A stretch of 36,074 nucleotides of DNA, from the NCBI RefSeq assembly GCF_006345805.1, contig NW_021826210.1, forward strand, positions 1-36,074. Reading direction: 5' to 3'. Below are positions 23,521 through 34,918 of the stretch, in pieces. The notes beneath the pieces are model-generated. The model searched no databases. It had not been told where the DNA came from and worked only from the letters and a program-made list of their open reading frames with translations. Numbering within the stretch: the first letter of the stretch is position 1; each line of letters begins with the position of its first letter. The DNA is from Octopus sinensis (Eukaryota). Made by a program: the position numbers and the translations under genes.

Positions 23521-23969
23521 CTTTTATTATCAGTTACATGCTTCCCTGTCCGACCAGGCTCCTCGCTTGTTTAAAGCACCAAGACGGTTCCAAGCCGGAC
23601 CACTTTGCCATGTATCTAAAGGAGTCCTCTGGGAAGGAATTCATTATCCTGCACAGATCAGTTTCCCATATGACCTCCACAGCCACCTGCGAAGGCCACT
23701 CAGGGTCCTCTGTGCAGGACAGAATCCCCTTTCACTGGCCTTTCCTTTCAAACTTCTTGACAGGCATTGAGAAGCTTGAAGATGCAACCTTTCATTTGTA
23801 TATTACCAAGATGACAACAAAGTGCATGCAGTAGGCAGGATGTATATGAAGGTCCTTCAGTCCAAGAGACCAAGAAGATATGTTGATCCTTTGTTCTTCA
23901 GCTACCTGGATTACTGCTTTTAGCTGTGGTCAACAAGTAACGCCAAACTAACAGTGATAAATACACACA

Positions 23970-25252
23970 GTGGGTCGCCCCATAAATAATGCAGTTTTTC
24001 AATTGCATGAACTAAAAGTTGTAGGGGGATGGGATAAACTACCTGCATCAACTTACTGTAAAAGAATGTAGTAATTTTACCTTGTATTTGTTCTTAGTAC
24101 AAATGTTGAGGAGGGCAGTTAGATTTTAACAGTTATTTTTTTCAAAGCTCTTATGGAAGTGGTAAAGGAGCATTTTTGGCATATTTTGCTTTATGAGTTC
24201 AAAAAATTTACAACACAGTGGAAAGTGTGAGGAATATTAATGCAGTATATAGGGATCAGACATTAAGTGTTAGCCAGTGTCAATGGTAGTTCCAGAAATT
24301 TGAAGCCAGAAACTACAGCCTAGAAGACAAGTCTCATCCTGGAAGATCTGTAGAGCTTGACAAGGACATCTTGCAAACCCTGGTGAAACAAAATCCTATC
24401 ATAACTGTTGAGGTACTAGCAGAAAAGTTTGGATTTGGTCATTCAACCATTCGTTAACACCTGTGTGCCATCAGAAAAGTCAGCAAATTGGGTCAGTGGG
24501 TTCCTCACTAACTTTCTGAGTCTAATCACATACGGAGTGTGAATGTGTGCTCTTCTTTGTTGTTACATCTCACAAATGAACTGTTTTTCAACCGATTAGT
24601 GACTGGTAACGAGAAATGGGTTCTCTATAAAAAGTCAAGCACCAAAGATAGTGTGTAGGAAAAGGAGATACACGGGCACTTTAGGCTAAAGATGGTCTTC
24701 ACCCATGTTAAGTATTGTTATTTGTTTGGTGGGATATGAAAGGTTTAGTCTACTTTGAACTTCTAAACCCAAACCAAATGATAACAAAGGAGATCTACTG
24801 CAAGCAGCTTGAGTGGCTTAAGTCGGCACTAAAAGAAAAATGACCATCATTAGTTTCAAGACAAAAGGTGTTCTTCCATCAGGATAGTGCTTGGCCACAT
24901 ACAGCAAAGATTACATTCCAAAGGCTGGAGCAGTTTGAATGGGAAATGATAGCCCACCCATCATAATCACCAGATATTGCCCCATCTGATTATCAATTAT
25001 TCTGCAGTCTTCAAAATCATATTTAGATGGAAAAAAAATTTGAATTCTGTAGATGAGGCTAGAACAGTCCTGGAAGAATATTTTACATTGCAGGCAAGTG
25101 AATTTTGGAAGAAGAGCCTTGCAAGTCTACCAGATAGATGGAAGAGCATTGTAGAAAATGAAGGACAGTATAGTTTAGATTAAAAAAGAACTTTACCTTA
25201 ATTTTGAAAAATAAAAGAATAAAAAAAATGCGTTATTTATGGGATGAGCCAA
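23970..25252 (+). mobile_element. Full-length (~1.28 kb) decayed mariner with both TIRs
   Basis: TIRs ..cccataaataatgcagttttt (23970-23999) and aaaaaatgcgttatttatggg.. (25223-25252). Transposase runs from ATG 24153 to stop 25183 with GQWVPH, VTGNEKW, FHQDSAWPH and SPDIAPSDY. Stops and frameshifts present. Confidence 0.92.
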
Positions 25253-25309
25253 GATATATATATATATATATGTATGTATGTATGTATATATGTATGTATA
25301 TATATGTAT

Positions 25310-25547
25310 ACACACGATCTTCAACGCAGTCAACAAGTTTGAGGAACAAAGAAGAGACGCACTTAAAGACGTGGCGCAGGAGGAAGGCGCGAGCCACCTC
25401 TGACACCACACCGGATGTTACCTTCGTCTGTGGACACTGCTCACGGACCTGCCTTTCCCATATCGGACTTGTCAGTTATGAGTGTGCATGCACACGGCGT
25501 GAACAGCCTTCTTGATCTTCGTTCACGAAGCCGAGCCATGATGATGA
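25310..25547 (+). mobile_element. Short 3' end of an RTE (BovB-like) LINE
   Basis: FVCGHCSRTCLSHIGLVSY..* zinc knuckle, a cttcgt-tc-acgaag hairpin and a (tga)n tail. Confidence 0.8.
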
Positions 25548-25559
25548 TATATATATATA

Positions 25560-27755
25560 GTAGTAACAGAAAAGAGGAATTTCGATTATCCCCACAAGAT
25601 GAGTTGTAATATATATAAGAAATTAAAAAAGGAAAATACACACACTTTACACACACTGATATATCGACCAGTTTCGCTTTTGCTATTCATGATATTATGG
25701 TTTACTTATTTAAATATGTATTTTCTTAAGAAATTTTGTCCATGTTGTGTGTGATGATATTTATGAGTGAATGGCTTCACAAGTTGAAAAATAAGGGGAG
25801 AAAATTGGTTATCGTTATTATTGTGGGCAAGGGAGATAACTGTTCAGCTTTCAGTAAGGGGAGGGGAATATATATGTACAAACAAAAAAAAAAGGTTTCG
25901 AAAAACTTGTTTAGTGAGGGGATTTATGTACAGTGATGTAATCGTGAATTGAGATACGTAAAAAGATAAAAGTTGGTTATGCGTGTATATTAAGACGTGT
26001 TCAGTATTTTTCAATGAAAAAAGTTTTTTTATTTAAACGTTCTTGTGGAGAGATTGTGTCTTTGCACTGGTAGAAGGGGAAGATTGTGAAATTTGGTTTG
26101 ATGTTATCTGCACATTTTTCTATATGTTCACTGTGAGGAATTTGCCTGTATTGCGGGAAACGGATTTTTCTCTTTATGTAGAGTGGTTCTCTTTCTCGAG
26201 GTCATACTTGTCTGTCCAATATAGCTGTGTCTGCAGCCCAAGCGGGTTATTACATAAATTAGGTTCTCAGAGGCACAGGTGAAACTAGTTTTAATTGTGA
26301 ACCTCTGTCCTTGTCTGAAAAGGAAATCCGAGCCTTCAAGCAGGTTGGGCGTTCACATTTTTCAACCATTGTTTTCGTGGTTGTTTTGTAAAGCTTCGCA
26401 TTTGTTAGTAGTCTCTTTAGCGATTTGTGTTGCTTTTTGCATTTGATGAGTTTGTATGTCATTCATTTTTGGATCTCTAGCTAGTAAAGGAAGATTTTGC
26501 AGAATAGTGTTGAATGCCTGACTGTTTCTGATTGTGTGTTGATATAAATAGTAATATTTTGAGATGAGGTATGATTTTATGTTTTGTTATTCTTAGTGGT
26601 TTTATGTCTAATTTTTTGGCATGTTTAATTCCCTCGTCTATGAGGGTGGATATCGTCTTTCTGTAAGTGTTGTTTTGAGGTCTTGAAGACGAAGCTCCCG
26701 AGTTGTTCTATCAGACGCTATTGTGCAGATCGTTTTTGGCAAATTGAAAGGGATATTTATTTTGATGTGTTTCAGGTGGCATGAGTTAAAGAGTTTTGAA
26801 TCAGTTGGTTTATAATAGATGTCAGTTATGATTTGATTGTTGACTTTTTTTATCATGATGTCTAAAAATGGGAGTTGTTCTTTGTTATATTCCATTGTGA
26901 ATTGAATGTTACTTTTTTCTATCATTTAGTGTTGATTTGAAATCCAAAAGTTTGTTGATGTTCTCCTTCCAAATGATAAATCAGTCATCCAGGTATCTTT
27001 TCCAATTTTCTCTTATGTAGAGGTAAAATGGGTAACCCTATTTCTGAAGTGATACTTCATATAAGGTGACTTCAAAATAACCCATTATTAGATTCGCAAG
27101 TACTGGGGCTGCTTTCATTCCCATCACAATTCCGCATTTCTGACAATAGTATGTGTCATCAAATAGGAAATAATTGTTCTGAAGTATAAATTTTAAGGAT
27201 TCAATAATAAAGATCTGATTTATGCATTCCAGGAGTACTTCGGCATACTTTTCCAACCAGAATTTAATTGCTTTTATTTCATAGTCATGGGGGGATGTTG
27301 GTGTAAAGATTGATAACATCGAGGGTAACCAATATTGCCTCTTCATTAATTGTTTGTGGTAGGTGTTCTAGCATGTCTAAATCATCTCTCATGAAACTTC
27401 TGATGTATTTCAGCAAGGGTTTCAGTAGGATATCTAGAAAATTGCTTATGCAGTGGGTTTCACAGGCTGGCCCAGCTACAATGGGTCTTAAAGTTAAGTC
27501 TTCTGGTGTTTGGATATTTATGTATTTGCCTGGTGACTGTTTGCAGGCTTCATTGATTATCTTGCTCTTGTGTATTTTAGGAAGGCTGTAAAAACGACTG
27601 GGTTTACATTTGAAGTTCGTGTTGTAGCCTGTTTCTTTTTCTGTCAGGCCTTTTCCATGTAGAAGAATTAAGGATGCAAGATTTTTCATTGTTTCTTGTT
27701 GTTTATAGTTTATAACTTTTTCATAGAAGGCCTTGTTTTCTAGTATGGATAATAT
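25560..27755 (-). mobile_element. Penelope-like element: RT, GIY-YIG endonuclease and 3' terminal repeat region; decayed
   Basis: RFYSLPKIHK..LRPIVAGP, LDVINLYTNIP, GIVMGMKAAPVLANL, LPFLDI..DIYYKPTD. GIY-YIG NLIYVIT..YIGQT at ~26260-26210. Confidence 0.9.
25661..25695 (-). ncRNA. Minimal type I hammerhead candidate with a variant core (A3, U8) downstream of the PLE ORF
   Basis: Minus strand reads atatc-ATGAATA-gc aaaa gc-GAAA-c tg g-TC-gatat. Confidence 0.6.
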
Positions 27756-27761
27756 TAGTTT

Positions 27762-28522
27762 TAGTCAGTGGGCCAAATCCAAAAAGGGCCTTATTTATTG
27801 AGTTGGTTGCACCCCTCCTGCAACTTTTGTTTGATGGTACCACATTGTTCCTAGGTCTATGGGGATGACATTTTCACTTGTTGTCATTCACACAACCTGT
27901 CAGGTAATTAGGACAACAGCTTTTTATAAGTAAAGGTGAGTCTCGAAGCTATAAAAAGTGGAAATACACAAGTAACCAATGGAAATATTTGTCTATTAAC
28001 GCCCTAGATGCCACTGAAATGAAGGAAATATACCTCTTTACCATACCCATGGTGAAGTTTTCATCTTCTATTACCCAAAATTAGAAAATCTCACCAATTT
28101 GTCTCACAAAATGCCTGTTTTTTATGTTTCTTCACAGTATATTGACTTTCATTCCAATTTTTTTGCAATTAATTTAATATTCATTAAGTTAAACAAAATA
28201 GTTGTATTTACTGTGTATTTCTACTATTCCATATGAAATTTGAGTCTGCTGTCTTCAATAATAATGATATTATAAGAAATTTCCTACCCTATCCTCAATA
28301 AGGCCAAAATGGATGATTTTGATAAAAATCTTGGTAATGGAGGGTGTCTTAGCATTTTTTGGAGCTTTTTGGGCTTGTATTATGTATTTCAATGCGAGGA
28401 AGCCAAACTAGAGAAAATGTCATCACATAAGCCCAGGAACAATGTGTTACCAATAAACTAAAGTTGCAGGTGGGGAGACCATCTCAATAAATAAGACCCT
28501 TATTTATTTGGCCCACCGTCTA
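27762..28522. mobile_element. ~760-bp non-autonomous DNA element with ~120-bp terminal inverted repeats
   Basis: 27762-27882 aligns to the reverse complement of 28405-28522 (gtgggccaaat..cttatttattgag..cctgcaacttt..cacattgttcct..gatgacattttc). No ORF inside. Confidence 0.8.
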
Positions 28523-28524
28523 TA

Positions 28525-29760
28525 TGTGCTCAATTGGTTACTGCCTGGTTATTGAAGCGTCTCCTACTAAGCTGTCTATTGTGTACACTCTTCTTGTACG
28601 GTTACTCACCAATAATGAATGATATTGATTTAAAGCAATGATGATGAAAACAATGAGGGTTATGATTGCACAGCAAAGAAGATTTAAAGCTCTTCAGGTG
28701 ATACCTCTTCTTCAGGTGTTTTAGGGGATGTTTTATTTCTTGGTGGACTTGAGGAACATTTGTGATGGGAAGTTGCTGTCGTTGTTTCTTCATGGTGGTG
28801 AGGAGTGTTTTATATGTCTGTATGGCAGTATCTATGGCATTTTTAAATTGGAGAGATTGAACCATATAGGGATCCCATGCTTCCACCTTCCTTTGCAATC
28901 CCTTTGCTGTCCTTAAAGGTCGGACAGACATTCGAGTGCCAGGCCCACCTCATCCTCCTCTTCTTCTGGATCTGGCGCCTCCTCCTCTTTGCTGGCAGAC
29001 TTTGTTAACTCCAACAAATCTTTGTTTATCAGGGTTTCAGAGTGGGCATCGATGAGGTTGTTGGCCTCATCTTGCGTGATATCAAAACCTTCGCCTCCAA
29101 GTACCTTTGCCAGTTTCACCGCATTGTTAACAGCCTTGTGCTGAATATCTTCAGGTGAGAAGCCCTTGTAACTCTGGCCACACCTTCTTCCATTATGTGA
29201 TGAGGGTTTCTTTTTTCATGTCTTTAAAAGCAGTGTGGATGTCTGACAGGTACGTTGCAATCATGAAATTATGCTAGTACTCCTTTAACTTGAAATTCTC
29301 GTTTGAATCCATTGCATCTACAAGGTATTGGAGAGAGTGCCAAGCGTAAAATATCTTGAAGGCATGGGTCATGCCCTGATCCATAGGCTGGATGAAGGAG
29401 GTGATGTTGGTAGGGAGGAACTTGACTTGGACTCCCTTCGTGATTCAAGTCCAAAAAATGACCACCATCATTATCCATAACAAGCAGCATCTTAAATTCC
29501 ATGTAAACATTTTGGAGGTATTCCTTGGCTTGAGGGATAAAGCATTGGTGAAATCAATGCTTTTTGTAATACTTTTTGTAATCCAGGCCTTTAGGTTGTG
29601 CATCCAGTAGACAGGCAGCAGGTTTTTATTCTTATTTTTGAAGGCCTTTGTGGACTTGTAGGTAAATCCTGGTCTCATCATGAGAGAAGACTGTGTTGGT
29701 GTGATCATGTAATACATATGGTCATGTGAGTACAGTTGTATAATGTATTGATCTCTAAAT
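28525..29760 (-). mobile_element. pogo/Tigger transposase remnant
   Basis: NKNLLPVYWMHNLKAWIT, MEFKMLLVMDNDGGH and KLAKVLGGEGF..DAHSETL..DLLEL are TIGD1-like. Confidence 0.85.
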
Positions 29761-29869
29761 GTGGAACAGAGAAACCAGGAAATCAGTGAAGGCTGAATTT
29801 GATGCAGTGCTTGAAAAAACCCACCCATCACAGTGAAACTGTGGTTTTGGAAGCATATAACTAAACACC

Positions 29870-30660
29870 TCACCCCTTCCTTGTCATATTTTCTCTCTAC
29901 TTCATCTCCCTGTTACTGATCCCTCCATCACTCTTTTAACTACTATAGTATTCTGTTGCTGTAATTAAATGAGAGCAGAACTATTTGTTTCATCATCCAG
30001 TCCTGTGCTACCAGTTATCTCTCTCTCTCTCCCCAGAACCAATTCCTTTGCTACCCATCTTTCATTCTTAACACTGTCCCTTCTCACTCATATTTTCCTT
30101 TGATCACTTTTTCTATGCTGCCAGTTACACTCCCTCTTTCCTGAATCACCTATAGACTCACCCTTATATACCTCTGATCACTCCACCCCTATCAACATAT
30201 TGCTCTCATTCTTCACTCACAATCTTGTAACCCATCCACCCACCACTCACCTGTAATCTTCCTTTCACCCTTCCTTTACCTATTGTATTTTTATTCTGCA
30301 TCTCTTCACCCTTCCTGTACTCCATCACCTTATATTTAGCATTAACCATTCCATTCTTATTTACCATTCACTACATTCACCCCCATCTCTAATCGTATCT
30401 CACTGTCTATACACGCCCTTGCAAAATTTCCCTACCAACCCTTCTCCTCTCCAGTACCCCCTTCTCTCTTTTATTTACCTTCTTGTATCTTGAAAGTGCA
30501 CTTTGATATCTCTTCTCCATCTCCACTCTGATTGTTCCCACCAATTCTTATATAATGTATTGATTCTGCAACAGGAAACCTGTTCCTGCCTATTCTTTCA
30601 TACTTTAATCTCTCATCACTGAGCATAATTCCACCTTCATCTCTATTATACTCTATTCAG
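29870..30660 (+). repeat. ~800-bp pyrimidine-rich, G-poor low-complexity tract
   Basis: Strong C/T bias on the + strand by inspection. Confidence 0.7.
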
Positions 30661-30671
30661 TTTTGTGACCT

Positions 30672-30868
30672 CACTAGTACTGGTGCCATAAAAAAGAAAG
30701 CACCCTCCCTACTCTGTGATTAGTTTTGGAACAGGCATCCAACTGTAGAAACCATGCCAAAGCCAACACTGGAGCATAATGTAGTTCTTTGTTCCATTGA
30801 ATCCTGTTGAACCATCCAGCCTGTGCCCAGCATAGAAGATAAGCAATAAATTGGTGATGATGATGATA
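30672..30868 (+). mobile_element. Old RTE 3' tail fragment
   Basis: ggcatccaactgtagaaaccatgccaaag..gatgatgatgat. Confidence 0.7.
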
Positions 30869-31407
30869 GCCATGTTTATTTGACTTGCTCTGCACTGTTG
30901 TCTTTTGTTTGTTTTTCTCAATGTAGTTTTATTGTAGGCTAATTATTTGTCAGAGCTGCTATTGTTGGCTAATTATGTTGACACTTCTTATTTATTTCTA
31001 TTAAGAATAATTTGTTTAATTAGTATTAATTAATAAGCATCAAGGCATTGATGATTTGTATATTTGCTTCTCTATTCACAAATGAGCTTTTTGAAATATA
31101 GCTGTCTTAGCATTTGAATGAAAGTAAAGAATAAAATCCAGCTAAGGAATTTCTTTTTCATGGAGATATTATGTCATTAATATCAATATTTCCATTCTCG
31201 GTTTGATCTACAGCGTTGAAAATATGTTCATTGTGTTAGTTTTTATTTGTTTTATTTTTTACATCTTCAAGTTTGTGTTTTCACACAAATCTTTGTGTAT
31301 TTTTTTTTCTAGTGAGTGTTTATGTTGATTAAATCAGTTATTTGTAGCTGCTTTATTTGTAATATCTTTGTTGACATTAATTGTAAGATTAATTTTGTAC
31401 ATTTCAG

Positions 31408-31593
31408 TTAACACAACTGAGTGAGCTTTATTTGTATGGAAACCGATTATCAGTGCTCCCCACAGAAATTGGTTGGTTAAATAATCTGCAAACACTTGCG
31501 TTGAGTGAAAATAACCTGACAACACTCCCTGAATCCCTGGCAAACTTAAAGCGTCTTAAAGTATTGGATCTTAGGCATAATAAATTAAATGAG
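31408..31593 (+). CDS. SHOC2: Internal coding exon of leucine-rich repeat scaffold SHOC2/Sur-8 (62 codons, phase 0-0)
   Basis: Acceptor tttgtacatttcag and donor GAG|gtaagt. Translation [62 protein letters not shown] aligns without gaps to human SHOC2 ~122-183 as recalled ([37 protein letters not shown]). Confidence 0.93.
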
Positions 31594-31728
31594 GTAAGTT
31601 TTTCTTCTTTCTTTTTGTTTTGCAGCACATTTAATTTACTGTTTTTAAATTTACATTAACATTTCTGAGTATGATATGTGAGTTGTACCAAAAGTAGTAC
31701 CAAAGTGAGCCTAACGTTTTTATTAACT

Positions 31729-32789
31729 GACATAGGTGGTTCAAATTGCATTTACTGGTAGGATAATTCCACTTTAATACTAAGGTATCCCTCAACATAG
31801 TCTCTATCACAAGTGGTGCATTTGCAACATCAGTGCACTCAACTCTTGAATCCTTAGAAAACATTTGGATTTTCTCTCTTTTATCCACTTCTTCATAGCT
31901 ACTCTAACCTCATACATGTCATCAGATCATTTCTCTGAAAACTGTTCTTTATTGAATCAAAGTTAGAAGGCAACAGGTCTAAGTTGTGTGTTGGAGTGGT
32001 GGGGGCACGGACCAGCTCAATTTACTGATTGTTTGATTTGTTGCTAAAGATGTGTGGTTGCACACTATCATGATAAATGTGGTTCATCTTCAGATTCTTG
32101 TTTGGTCTCTTCCTCTTAATGGCTTTTCTAAGCTTTCATTCATTTTTGACTATTTCAGTATATTGCTTGTTGTTCATGAAACAGCCACATTCCAGAAAAT
32201 TCAAGAGAATGACAACTTTGTCATCACCAAAATCTGTTGGCATACTTACTATGGTGATTGCTCTCTTACAAGCTTCTTAGGTTTTGAAGAAAAGGTGTAA
32301 CTCCATTGCATATACTGAGCCTTTTTTCCAGATCATAGATATGACTATTTTCCAGATCATAGATATGACTATTTTTCATACATTGGAAAAATGTATCTTC
32401 ATGGGCTTCAGACAATTGTGGACTTCCACCCTTCTCTCTTTCAAACCGTGTGTCATCTACTGGGGTATACACTTTCTGGTACCCAAAATCGTCCATCTTG
32501 TGTAGTGCATTGTGATCACAGTCCAGTTGTGCGGCAATCTCACAGGTTGTAACTTGTCTATTTGCTCAAATCAATTCAAGCACACACTTCATGGTTTGCC
32601 TTCAGTGCTTGGTTTCCCTTTCTGTAAACAACCTGTAAGCCTTCTATGCAAGTTGGACTGCTTTCACCCTTCCTTCTTCAGGAACTCGATAATAGCATGT
32701 TAATTCTACTTGGAATCCATTATTAACCTGCAGTGAAGGACAGGAAGAAGAGTGATTCTAAAGTATGTGTTATTTGAATGACCTATGTC
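31729..32789 (-). mobile_element. Decayed mariner transposon with both TIRs recognisable
   Basis: gacataggtggttcaaat (31729-) vs atttgaatgacctatgtc (-32789) match at 16/18. Fragments AIIEFLKKEG, IRANRQVTTCEIAAQL, HDSVQPH and DRDYVE. Confidence 0.8.
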
Positions 32790-32983
32790 TTTAATAATAA
32801 AAATTATGACTACATATGCATTTGTATTTTCACAAAACAAAGAAAATTCTTGAAAGTATTTGGTGAAATAGAATAATAAACAAATTCTACTTCTGTACTT
32901 CAGTACTTCAAGTGAACTATAACGTGTTGACATTTTTTATCAGTGTCTATAGAGTTCTGGAATGTAGTCTACCGTGTAATTTA

Positions 32984-34556
32984 TCAGACCATGTTACCTC
33001 TGGGGGTAGGGTAAGAGAAGAGTACCACATCACATTTTTTGCACATGAGCTGGGTTTGGTGGCACTTCTTGTATTGGTTTGAACATACAGCACAATCTGA
33101 GCAAGGAGGCCTGCCAGATTTCAGGTGCTTGAGGTTAATGATAAATTGGTATTCTATTAATACCAGCCATTTTGAGGGTGGAGGCTGTGAGACACGCTTA
33201 ACCAGTAACCTTCCAGTAGAGAATGCACAATTCTCAGCTTGGACTTTTAGGCAGACTTGTCTTTCCAAATGACAAGGGCATTACAGAAACATTTAAAACA
33301 AATAAAAGGAACCTTTCTTCTACCACTTGGTACATCTGTACAACACCATGCAGTATGTCATCTGCTTGTCTGTTCTAACGCCCACTCCGCCAATTGCTGA
33401 GTGTAGAACTGCACAGCACAAGGTTTGTACACAATCCTGGTAGAATCTTGATGATGCTTTGATTGAACTTTGTACAAAATGTGCTCATCTCTGTGTGGTG
33501 GTGGCAGGGGAGGGAGGGGTGGCTCACCTGCTCAGGGTCTTGATGCTTTGATTTTATTTGGCACACCCTGGCAGTTTACATGTAGTGTGCCACATGCTCC
33601 TATTCTGTGTTGGGTTAGGTAATGAAATACAGCAGGTGTTGAGAAAAAATTGTCCCTATATATATGATATATCCTTTATTTTGTACATTCTCTGAGAGGG
33701 AGGAAACCACTTTATGCACGACACCAACTGCCTTGATGCCTGGGCTATTTCTGAGCCCAAGTTCCACTGCCAATTATAGATGTTGCTAGTTTTTACATCA
33801 CCCAATTTCTAGGTTTTCAGGTTCCACTTGGTTAGTTTTGCTGACATGTGTATTAGTAGCCCTGTTCTTCCTTTGAAAATATTCATACTTTCATCCACTG
33901 ATAGTTCCTTTTCAAGATAAAAGTATTTCTGCTAAAGCAGCAGAAACTTTTCAAAAAGTGACAGGATTTTATGTGCTCTATCATGTTCAAGATAATTTCT
34001 TAGTTTGGCTTTTGAGTTGTCCAAAAGATGGAAAAAGAACAGGATTCCAAGAAATCTGTTGCTTGCTTTGCTGTATCTGAAGCCTGGCATCTCCATAAAA
34101 TCATCAGTGGACCAGTACAAATCAAATGAGGAACATTTAGGAAGCTCAATCAGAAGTGAAATTGTTACAAATGCCTTCATTTCTTTGAAAATGATGTCCT
34201 TCCATATATTGATGTACGAGTGGGTGCCAGCATCTGCCCTTCTCTTTTCTTTCACCTGGCTAGCATATATATTTGTATCACTGACAAAGAAAGTTATGAT
34301 TTCATCATTAAGGAATAGGTGAAAGAGATGTCCCTCAGAAATATTATCAGCTACCTTCTTGGGGCCAATATTTTCCTTAAAATTTCAGTCATGGATGATA
34401 GAATTTGCTCAGTACATTGTTCTTGTTATCACTGTCACCATCACTTCCAACCATCTCACCACCAATATCTATCTGATTAAATCTCTCAAAATCATCTAAG
34501 TCTCAGTCTAAGAAGATTTCTTCATGTAAAGCTTCATCGAATGCAAGAGTGGCCAT
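32984..34556 (-). mobile_element. piggyBac transposase pseudogene (PGBD4-like)
   Basis: Acidic N-terminus from ATG 34556, YWSTDD..RFLGILFFFHLLDN, SVDESM..FKGR, and C-terminal Cys-rich CAVC..CKKCDV. TIRs not confidently found. Confidence 0.88.
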
Positions 34557-34879
34557 TTTGATTCAGAAAAAAATCCTCAAACCCTTGATCGATTTAAAAT
34601 ATTGTGTAACTTGTGTCAATGCCATTGGAAAATGTTCTGAATTGAAAGTAGTTGTTTGCAGCTTAAAATACCAGAAATGAACTTCACGAAATGTTTATTT
34701 TAAGTACCTCCCCCAATGCAATACAATGCATCTGCAACTAAAGGGGTGAAAACTAGCACAGCAACATAATGCACATACAGCATGATAAAGATTAAATAAG
34801 ATATTTCTGTACGAGTTTTTAAGGATTTTTTTTCTTTTGTTGCTACATATTAGTACGTAATTAAAATAATTTGCAGCCT

Positions 34880-34918
<39 letters not shown>

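Noticed and set aside
31432-31659. ORF-track 75-aa protein starting MYGN
   Set aside because: The start is an internal TTG and the tail (VSFSSFF..) is intron read-through. The real unit is the spliced exon 31408-31593.
32984-34556. Domesticated PGBD gene
   Set aside because: In-frame stops and frameshifts, with no splice evidence.
34733-34750. piggyBac terminal repeat (caactaaaggggtgaa)
   Set aside because: It resembles a ..GGGTTAA end, but no matching opposite TIR was found near 32.7-33.0 kb.
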